A model generated the notes under the pieces. The model saw nothing but the letters and a program-made list of their open reading frames with translations. It did no database searches and was not told the DNA's origin. Source: Zootoca vivipara (Eukaryota). From it: 64,000 bases of DNA. Location: NCBI RefSeq assembly GCF_963506605.1, contig NC_083281.1, positions 37,572,001-37,636,000 on the forward strand, read 5' to 3'. Shown here piece by piece: positions 38,027 to 48,319 of the stretch. The translations under genes and the position numbers were made by a program. How positions within the stretch are numbered: the stretch's first letter is position 1; the number at the start of each line of letters is the position of its first letter.

Positions 38027-38400
38027 TTTTACTGCTGGCGAGGCCTCTCCTCGGCGGAAGTGGCTGCTGCTTCACTGTCTACCCAGGAGGACTCGGGGCT
38101 TCCCTCCTTCCGAACCTTTACTCCCTCGCTTCCTTTTTTCCCGCGCCGCCATGTTTGCTCCGGGCAAAAAAGAAGACTGGTCAAAAGAAGGGGCAGTAAG
38201 CCGTTCTCTTCCATAGGTCGGCTCCGCCATCTTAGAGACTGGCAAATTGCTTCGCAACCGAGAAAGGTAGAGAGGGACAAAAATCGCCATCTCGGATCAG
38301 GGCGAAGCTCGAAAAACAGCTGAAGGGATAACTGGTTGGAACCCTCTCATCTTGGAGAAGGGCAAGAAGTTTCCTTGCTGAGGTGCAGCCGCCATCTTGC
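38021..38400 (-). promoter_or_regulatory. ELOA CpG-rich promoter/5' UTR with five co-oriented YY1-type motifs
   Basis: CGCCATNT(T/C) at 38021, 38147, 38225, 38285, 38390; ETS CGGAAGT near 38055. Confidence 0.7.
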
Positions 38401-39623
38401 GTGCTGGCAATAACCTACTCTCCTCATATGTTCGAATCGGTTACTGAGGTGTTTGTGTTTTTTCACATGTAGTATGATTAGAATACGCCAGGATTCTCAG
38501 CTTTACTGAGCAAATACGGTAGCTCAAATAAGGAAATTGCTATAAAAGATACTTTTAATGGGGTGGTGTTTGTTTTAAAAGTCTTTTTTCCACTGCAATT
38601 TGTGGGAAATGCTTCCGGGAATCTCCATCTGTTATCAACTGAGAATTTGTTGCATATTAGCCTTTTCTCCATCCTAATCCATTCTTGGGGATCCCTCTCC
38701 CTCCAAAGCATCAGGAGCAAACAAAACTGTCTCTGCAGGGCCAGAACCATTCAGGGAGCTCTCAGCATAGTGCTGCCAATGGGGCCCTACAAAACCCCCA
38801 GCTCTCTCTCTCTCACACACACACCCGCATGGCAGCAATAGACCTCATTTCCTATTCAAAAGTGGAACTGCCACCCATAAGTCTGTTCTTAACCTGAAAT
38901 TGTTCTTAATCCGAGGTACCACTTTAGCTAATGGGGGCCTACCGCTGCCACCGTGCAATTTCTATTCTCATCCTGAAGCAAAGTTCTTAACCTGAGGTAC
39001 TATTTCTGGGTTAGCGAAGTCTGTAACCTGAAGCGTACCACTGTAAGGAGAGAGCAAGATTGGTTACTCCTCTTTAAACAAGAGTGCTTTTCCTTGGCAG
39101 GGAGGAATGTGTGACCTTCCAACTCTTGTCTATGGAAGACCCTCCCAAGTGTCGCTATTTTCCAGGGATGTCCCTGATTTACAGTCATCCCGGTTTCTGA
39201 TTTGATCCCGGAATGTCCTGATTTTCCTTAGGATGCCCCGATTTTCATTGGAGAAATGTTGGAGGGTATGGAATTATCCAGCCCCTGAGCTGTCTGAAGG
39301 CAACCCTTTATAGGGAAGTTTTTTTCATGTTTCATGTTTCGTTATGATTATTATATGTTGGAAGCTGTCCAGAGTGCTGGGGAAACCCAATAGGATATGT
39401 GGAGTATAAATAGTACAATTATCATTATGGAATGGGATGTCCCTATTTTCATTGGAGAAATGTTGGAGGGTATGCTATGTCTGATTATGGGAGAGTCCAA
39501 CAATGGAGAGCCACAGGGTCCTCATTCTTGATTTGCCTCTTATTTCAGCTTTCCCCAACCTAATACCCTCCAAATGATTTGGGCTAACATTTCCATCAAC
39601 CCAACCAGCATGGCCAAATGTCA

Positions 39624-40008
39624 GGGACACGGGTGGTGCTGTGGTCTAAACCACTGAGCCTCTTGGGCTTGCCAGTTGGAAGGTTGGCAGTTCGAATCCC
39701 CACGATGGGATGAGCTCCCGTTGCTCTGTCCCAGCTCCTGCCAACCTAGCAGTTCAAAAGCACACCAGTGCAAGTAGATAAATAGGTACCGCTGCAGCGG
39801 GAAGGTAAACGGCGTTTTCGTGCACTCTGGTTTCCATCACGGTGTTCCGTTGCACCAGAAGTGGTTTAGTCGTGCTGGCCACATGACCTGGAAAGCTGTC
39901 TGTGGTCCAATGTCGGCTCCCTTAGCCTGAAAGCGAAATGAACGCCGCAACCCCATAGTCGCCTTTGACTGGACTTAACCGTCCAGGGATCCTTTATCTT
40001 TTTACCTT
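39624..40008 (+). mobile_element. Sauria SINE (Squam1 type)
   Basis: GGGACACGGGTGGTGCTGTGG head, GTTCGAATCCC B box, AGATAAATAGGTACC core, TTTACCTT tail. Confidence 0.88.
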
Positions 40009-40750
40009 ATAAGACAGGCAAATCTAAAACGTATTGAGGGCTATAGGTAGGTTCCTCATCCCTGATTTTACCTCTTACTTCTGATGCAAAATTAATTTAC
40101 AGAACTCACCATCACAAGATGTGGTGATGAATCTGTGTTCTGATCCAGTGGGACACTTCTTATGAACTGAGCTTTGTTCATGATAAAATTATGAGAAGCA
40201 GGGCCCTCTATTTCCCCCCTGCCCCGCCCAGGATGAGCCTCTTGCTTTTTAAATAAATGATGATGTGCGGTGCCACTGCTACCTAAGAACATAAGATGAA
40301 CCTGCAGGATCAGGCAAAAGGCTCAACTAGTCCAGCATCTTGTTTTCACAATGGCTGACCCACTGTCTGTGGAAAGCCTGCAAGCTGGACATGAGTGCAA
40401 CAGCACTCGGCCCACCTGCCCAAGGCATGTGGCCATTCTTCCCTACTAAGTGGATGTGTGTACTCAAGGGCATCAGCAGCACAGTGCCAAGGGCTCCCCA
40501 AAGTCTGGCACCAGAATTCTTCCCACCATGTCATTTTGCTGAATATGTAGTTCAAGCATGCATAACCAATCCTTCCAACAGACGAAGGCTATGTACACAC
40601 CCCACATGACTTTCTCCAAAGAATCCTGGGAAGTGTAGTTTGTTAAGGGGTGCTGGGAATTGTAGTTCTGTGAGAGGTAAACTGAAGTTCCTCGTATTCT
40701 TGTGGGGGGAGCTATGTGCTTTAAGGGGTCTCTAACCTTTAGCTTTAGTG

Positions 40751-41402
40751 CAGTGATGGCGAACCTATGACACGCGTGTCAGACGTGACACGCAGAGCTT
40801 GTCTCCGCTGTTAAAACCCATTGTCTCCACTGTTAAAACCGATCCTTTTTTGTTGTTGCTGGTAGCCAGAGATTGGTTTTTTAACCCTTTCTGTGCTGGT
40901 TTTTTCTGGCACTTTGGCAGGCGATGATTGTGTGTAACAGCGTTCATTTTTTAAGACGTTCTGTGCTGGGTTTTTTGGCGCTTTGGCAGACTATGTCAGT
41001 GCTGCGTGTTAGTTCCAGCGAAGGTATTATTCGTCATTTATTTCTGTTCTCTTCCCCCCCCCAAAAAAAGCGCAGCAGCTTTGGGGCATCCCCCTAAAAA
41101 AGCAAAGTAACTTTTATGCCCCCCCAAAAAAACCTCCAAAACTTTGGTCAGCAGCTCCCCCTAATAAGCTCAACAACTCTGGGCACTTTGTGATAAATAA
41201 GGGTTTTTTTGTTTGGTTTGGTTAAATAATTGGTTTTTGGTTTATTAAATATGGTTATATATTACAATTATACATTTTTGTTATTTAAACTATAAATATC
41301 ATGAATTTATGGGTTTTTTTCTCGAAGTGACACACCACCCGAGTTATGCTCAGTTTTTTGGCGAATTTTGACACACCAAGCTCAAAAGGTTGCCCATCAC
41401 TG
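40751..41402. mobile_element. Non-autonomous hAT transposon, hAT1 (Myotis_hAT1)-like
   Basis: TIR CAGTGATGG(CG/GC)AACCT; subterminal TGACAC repeats; perfect 8-bp TSD CTTTAGTG at 40743-40750 and 41403-41410. Confidence 0.88.
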
Positions 41403-41479
41403 CTTTAGTGTGTGCACAGCCAAAGGTGATAGGTCAGTTGTTATTATTTATTATTTTATAATAGTCATCACCCCCACAT

Positions 41480-42155
41480 TAACAAATAGCAGCTGAGACA
41501 GAGAATGGTGGCTTGCCCAAGACCACTGAATGCAGACCCACTTGGAGCCCAAACATTCATTTGGAGTCCTATGTCTTTCCTTTTTTTTACCACATACTTG
41601 TACGGCAGTAGTGTGTCACTCCTATCAAGCTGGATGCAACTGGCGAGTTGATAAGGGTCGTCAGCTGGCCAGGCTGAATTGGGAAAGGAGGAGGAGGGAC
41701 AGGGTAGCTGCTACATTTTGGACGTCTGCCTGAGTTCCCGAGTGCCTCTTAGCTTGTGCAGAGTCCAGGCATTGGTTGCTATACCCTCCACTGGATCAGT
41801 CTCTTGACACCAAGGTAGGGAGCAAAGGTCCTTCTGTCTGTCTGTCTGTCCTGAACCAACCAGCTTGCCCTTTTCTACTTTAATATTTGCAGAGTGGTTT
41901 ACGGGTCACTTGCGCTCTTAAAAAGTTGGGTGCAGATGGAACAAAGTGAGTCCTTCTTAAGAGAAAGAAACACTAGCTGTGTGAGTGACTGGAATGTGGG
42001 AAAAAACAAGAGGAGAAGGCTTAGATTTCCGTTGCCTAAAACCTACAATTTTTCATGATTTCAGGGTGGGGGAACAAAATACAAATTCAAGCTGTTTATC
42101 GACACGCCAAAAAGTAAATATGACCCAAAATTGCCATAGCAGTATTTTAGCTAAG
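41480..42155 (+). promoter_or_regulatory. Possible muscle-type promoter and non-coding first exon of the KLHL31-like gene
   Basis: CAGCTG E-boxes at 41490 and 41662; MEF2-like GTATTTTTAG at 42142-42151; strong donor AA|GTGAGT at 41946. The coding exon has an acceptor 17 nt before its ATG, so an upstream exon is expected. Confidence 0.3.
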
Positions 42156-43957
42156 CTAGAGGTGGGCAGAAAAAAATAGATTGGAGGGGAAGGTCTCGTA
42201 ATGGGCATTTTCTGGTTCTTAGGATTCCTGCAAAGAATGCTGGACTCAGTGGTCTTTGGCTTGATCTAGCAAGACACTTCTTTATGTTCTAAGTAAACGT
42301 ATCATTTAGCATGCACAGTATCACCTGACACTGATTACTTATGCCGTAACTGTTAAGAGATACTGAGTCTACTGAGTCTGCACTCTCGCTTTATAATTTT
42401 AACACATGTTGGTGGCCATGAGTGAGGGATTCTAAGCAGCAGCAGAGGGAGGGAGGACTGCAACACGTAAAACGGATTATTCTAACCCTGATCTAATCTA
42501 TCTGTGGGGCTTAAAAATGGTCAACAAAGGTAATGTCCAAAAAGGCAGCAGGTGGAGGGAGAAGGAATATAGATATAGAACAGTTAAGGATGTCCTGAGA
42601 CGGGTAAATACAGTGCTCTGAAAACTCAAAGCAGGAGATAAATGCTAGTTTTATTTTATTAAAACATGAACAGAATAAAAATCCAGATTCCAAACACAGT
42701 GGTACAATAGGTTTTGTACTGTGTGTTGTGTGTACAGAATGACATTTAGTCAACAAAGCAGTAACTTTGCACATAATTCTGCTATTGTTAGGCATTTACA
42801 CTGGCAAATTGAGTTGGATGTGCTGGATCCAGATTAATGGCATGTTCCTATACTCAGAAGTAAGTCTCATTGAGTTCAGCGGGTTTATTCTCCAGGTAAG
42901 GGGCACAGGGTTGCAGTTTAAGTCTGCAAGTCAATCACACTTAGGTCCCATTGACTTAAACTTTTCATATTGATTTAAGTGAGACCAAAGTGCCACTTGA
43001 TTAGTCTCGATCCAAGCCTATATTCTGCAGTGTAATTCAAGGGTGCATTTGCTTTCAGAAAGTGACATTTTCAATTGGGCTTTGCTGTTATTTTGGCTGG
43101 AAACTTCAATAGAGAGTTAGAAAGGAGAGGGGGAATCCCTGGGAAATGGGAATGACGGCTCATGTAAGCATTTCCTAGAAGGCAGGAATCAGCACCCATC
43201 TCCACACAAATGCTTAGGCAAGCCATGTGGTTTGTGCAACAGTGAATGGTATGTCACCTAGTAGCCCCATAGATAAGCCTGCAATGAACTTCACATAGTT
43301 GTTGATGCTGCTGTTGCTGTTTTTGATAGTTATTGTATCACAGTGTTTCCAAAAAATTTGTTATCTGGATTGCAGTTAGCTTGTTTTTTGGCTTATATTG
43401 GAGGCACACACTTCACTCACTCACACTAAAAATATGGATCCATTTTAGAACGATAATAAGAGCTCTGTTAGATCAGAGCAAGGGTCCATCTAGGTCAGAT
43501 TCCTGTTTCATACACTGGCCAGACAAATGCTGACAAGCAAAACATGGAAGCAAGAATCCTCACCTGTCATTTGCCCCCGCACTGGCAGCTGTTATTCATT
43601 AATGGGTAGACTGTACCTAGATGGGGAGGTTCTCTTCAGCTGCCATAGCTCATACCTTAGGGCTCGATTGTGCCATCTCCATGAATGTAATTAATGTTCT
43701 ATGATATAAGCACATAAGAGCAGTCCTGCTGGATCAGATCAAGGAACCACCTGGTCCAGAATGTTTTATACATCACCAGCCAGATGTACACCTGTAATGC
43801 AGGACCCCGTCAGGAAAAAGTGCATCCCTATTCCTCCCAATTGCTGCTCAATGGGCACAGAGTAGTGGAGGCATCCAATGTAATGGCTCAAGCTGGAATC
43901 CTTGGCACACTTACCTGGGAGTAAATACCACTGAACTCAACTTATTTTTAAGTAGAA

Positions 43958-44151
43958 GGGGAAGGGATGTCGCTCAGCAGTAGAGCATCTGCTTTGCATG
44001 GAGAAGGTCCCAGGTTCAGTCCATGGCATCTCCAGGTAAGGCTGAGAGTGTCCCTTGTCTGAAACTGTGGAGAGCCACTGCCAGTCAGTACAGATAATGT
44101 TTAGCTAGATGGACCAATGGTCTGATTCAGTATAAGGTGGCTTTCCTATGT
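43958..44151 (+). mobile_element. Squam3-type tRNA-derived SINE
   Basis: tRNA-like head GCTCAGCAGTAGAGCATCTGCTTTGCATG...GGTTCAGTCC followed by SINE body; no acceptor stem. Confidence 0.8.
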
Positions 44152-47129
44152 ACATATCAGATTGTACCACATATTTTTCAAAACACACATTACAGTGCAA
44201 TTGTAGATGGGTCTACTCAGAAGTGTTTTTAAAAAACAGCCTATTGAGTTCAATGGGGCTTACTCCCTGGAAAGTGCCTTAGCATTGCAGTCTCAGACCC
44301 TGCTTGTGGCACACCAGCACATCCCAGTTTCGGACTCGCATTGCCTTTACAGATTTTGCACACCATTTTTGTCCCCAGACCGAAGTACAACCATCACAAA
44401 ACAATCAATTTAGGAACAAGCAACCCCACTAGGAAAAGTGTGTGGGGAGGAGGGAACCAGTAGCATCATAAATACAACTATGGGAAACAGACAGCATGGG
44501 AAGCATGTCTAAATAAGTCTGCTTGGGACATTTTCCTAAAGGCTGGGAGGGAAGAGGCAGGGAAGAATTTCCAGAGCCTAGGCACACCTCTGGAAAGGTC
44601 CTGTTATATGTACTGTCCAATTGCACATCAGATGGTGGTAAGATGTAGAGGAAAGCCTCTTCAGAAAGTCTTCGCTGGTGAGCAGAGTCCTGTGGAGGGA
44701 GCAAGGTAAGGGGTCCTTCAGATATCACAAACCCAAGATGTATACTTAGAACTGGGCTTCAAAAATACACTGAGGGCCACCTTTACCTTTACCAAGTAGA
44801 TATAGAGTCTGTGAATAAAGAGTCTGTGGCAGTAGCAGAGTATAGTTGTCCAACAGTCTTCAGAGTCAGCCCCATGCAGAGGATGTTGCAGTAGTCCAGC
44901 CTACATGTAATCAAAGCATGTGTAATCGTGGCTTGATCTGCCTTCTCCAAGAAGGGTCACAGCTAGCACCTTAGTCACAGATGCACAAAGCACACTTTGT
45001 GGCCACTGTAACAACCTGCCCTCCAGAGGTAGGGCTGGGTCTAGAGACACTGTCAGACTGAAAGCCTGATCTTTCAGAGGGCGTGCTACTCCATCCAGAT
45101 CCTTAACGCCTACAGATGTCTGCAGATCAAGTTCCTGTTAAAGGCACAGGTACAAAGGCTGATAAAAGAGTTGGCAACCCTAGCCTAGGACTTTGCTTCC
45201 TCCCCATCCTGTTCTAAGAATTGCCAATTGCTTAACCCTCCAGAAATCTGATCTTTATGTCCAGCTCTGAGAGATGCAAGACAGAGAGGCACTTTGGCTA
45301 TTTCTGGCATGTAACAAACAGGTTTGTCACCCAGGAGGTCAGATCTCCTTCCCTTCCCCCCCCCCCAGCGGAGGGAAGGGAAGGTGGACAGAAACAGCTG
45401 AGAAACATTAGCAATGAGCCATCCTGCCTGTGGAGGGTCAGAATCTGTATGCACGCTCAGTTCAGATATCAAATGCAGTCATGTAGCATGTCGCGTCATG
45501 AAGTCCACACGTGGCAAGCCTTGATGGAAGGAATTATTACAGAAGGGTACACCAACCTTTTCTCTGTGTTGTGGAAGATAAGGTGTCTGTCTTGCCCAGA
45601 GACACAGACTGTGCTTTTAGTTACACGCAACAGCCTAAACCATATCCTCTATTCTCCCACGATGGGTTTCTGCAAAAAGAACTGTACAGAGCTGGAGTAG
45701 CTAAGTAGCTGAAAGTTTGAGCAGTGAGGGAACAACTCCCTGGTTCAAATCACACCACAGCTATGAGCTCCCTTGGTTGACCTGGGCCAAGCTACTATTT
45801 TAAAGCCTCAGGCCCACCCTGCCAGCTTTGTGCTAGGATAGTAATAATACTGGCCCACTTTACAGGAACATAGGAGGCTGCCTTCTACCCAGTCAAACCA
45901 ATGGTCCAGCCAGCTCAGTATTGTCTGAAAAGGTGGGCCTTTTCAGCCTAAAGGCCACGTTCCCTTCCTGGGAACTTTTCAGGAGGCCACAAATCAGTGA
46001 AAACTAGTCTGGTGGGTCGCTTGGTTAGAGTGTCAGACTACCAGGTTTTGATCTCCCTCGGCCATGGAGCCCCCAGGGTGACTCTGAGTCAGTCACTGCC
46101 TCTCAGCCTAACCTACCTCACAGGGTTGTTGTGAGGATAAAAGGAGGAGGGGGATGGCTATGTATGCCACCTTGAGAGCCTTGGAGGGAAAGGTGGGATA
46201 TAAATGCAGCAAATAAAATACCAGTGGGGGGTGTGGGCAGAGGCAAAAGTGGTCAGAACAAAATTTTAGCTTTGTAAAACAGGCTAGTTTATCCATACAT
46301 CCACAACCCCCCCCTCTAGCCCCCATCCAAGTAAGTAAGAGGCATTCACAGAAGTCAAAGAAATTCCAGCATGGGTGCAGCCAGGATTTTTTTTTGGGGG
46401 GGCGGACATTTGTTGTGAGGTGGCAGAACTGATATGATTAGTCAGTAAATTAAGTATTTCTATTGTTTTACTTGATCTGGGGGGGGGAGTTCCCCATAGG
46501 CATAGCCAGGGGGGCAGGGAGGGGCTGCTGCCCACCCTAAATCAATAAATTAAAAATAAGTACATAGCAAACTGAGGTTCTGCGCCCCTTAAGAAAAGGC
46601 CTGCCCCCCTCAATAAAAATCCTGGCTACACCCATCGAGCTCTCCCACCCCACCCCACCCCCTGGCTATGCCCATGAATTCCGGCTAGGCAAAAACACCC
46701 AAGGAGAGTACGAAGTAGGGCGGTTTGAGAGGTGTGGCCTGGGGGAGAGAGGGTGTGGCTAAGAAAGGGTTGTGGCCTTGAGGCAGTCCCAAGGGCCTTA
46801 GAGAAACTGTGGGGTAGAATGCATTTGGCCCCTAGATTAGGGTCACATCTAAAGGCAATTCCAGTTGACCGTAGAGGCATAGCAAACCTTTGGCCCTCCA
46901 GATGTTACTGAACTACAACTCCCATTGCCCCTGGCAATTGGCCATGCATCCTGGGGCTGATAGGAATTGTAGTTCAGCAACATCTGGAGGGCCCCAGGTT
47001 CTCCACTCATCTCTTTCAAATTCCTCCAACCGTTTTGTGCAGGAGGCCAATATATATATGTCACCTATGATATTCCTTTACAAAGCAGCGTTATCCTTAA
47101 TACGCCTTACAGGCCACGCTTCCGCTCCA

Positions 47130-48319
47130 ATGGCACCCAAGAAGAAAGCCCCAAAGAAGAGCAAGCCGTCAAAGATGGAGACGTCTACGAATGTCACCAT
47201 GGTAGAGGACTCTTCTCTTGACATTGACCACCATCAGCAACTCGACGGCTTGTTTGAAAATGGTTCAGGTGGCTTCCTCTGCACTGCCACAGAAGTCACA
47301 AATCCTAGCCATGGAACCAGTGTTCTGGAGGAGATGAGCCTCATGCACCAGGAGCGTTTCCTCTGTGACCTCACTATCGTCACAAAAACAAAATCCTTCA
47401 GCGTTCACAAGTTGGTCATGTCTTCCTGCAGCGAATTTTTCAGAAGCCTGCTGAAAAAAGACCCAAACCTTCAACAAGTGGACCTCAAAGATGCCTCCTC
47501 CTTAGGCTTGGCTACTGCCATTGCCTACACCTACACCGGAAAGCTGAACCTTTCTCTGTACACCATTGGGAGCACCATTTCCATAGCCAGCCGCCTGAGG
47601 ATGTATGCTCTGCTCAACATGTGCACAGACTTCCTCATCCAGGAGATGAATGTGGAAAACTGGATGTACATCGCCAACCTGGCAGACACATACAACCTCA
47701 GCCAGGCGAAGGATGCTGCAAGGAAGTTCATCCGAGAATGCTTCCTGGAGTTCTCCGACACTGAACAGTTCATGAAACTCACCTTCGATCAGCTCAACGA
47801 ACTGCTGATGGACGACAACCTTCAGTTCCCCAATGAGGTGGTGGTCTTTCAGATCGTCATGAAATGGATCGAGTTTGATCCCAAGCGGATCAAACATGCC
47901 GCCGACCTCCTGAACAATGTCCGGTTTGGCACGATCCCAGCTCACGACTTGATCAACTACATCCAGCCTGTGCCGTGCATGATGCAGAACCCGGAATGCC
48001 ACAAGCTCCTGGTAGACGCTATGAATTACCACTTGTTGCCTTATCAGCAAAATGACCTCCAGTCCAGAAGGACCAAGATTCGAGGAAGCCGTAAAGTGTT
48101 GCTCATGGTTGGGGGCCGCCCGTGCTCAGCCGAGAAAGCTCTTAGCAAAGATGTAAGCTACAGAGATCAAGAAGGAAACTGGAATAAGCTAACAGAGATG
48201 CCCACCAAATGTTTTAACCAGTGTGTTGTGGTGATGGATGGATTCCTCTACGTGGCTGGTGGAGAGGATCAAACTGATGCCCGGAACCAGGCAAAGCATG
48301 CAGTTAACAACCTGTGCAG
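47130..48319 (+). CDS. KLHL31-like coding exon 1 (BTB, BACK, first Kelch repeats)
   Basis: Acceptor ccttacag| at 47112; ATG 47130; donor TGCAG|gtaacg, phase 2. Confidence 0.92.

Noticed and set aside
43958-44040. tRNA gene
   Set aside because: tRNA-like A/B boxes continue into a SINE body found several times in the window; no complete cloverleaf.
46890-47129. 80-codon N-terminal extension of the Kelch ORF in the ORF track
   Set aside because: It starts at a TTG inside a decayed MITE; a splice acceptor at 47112 and the KLHL31-like MAPKKK start at 47130 explain the real structure.
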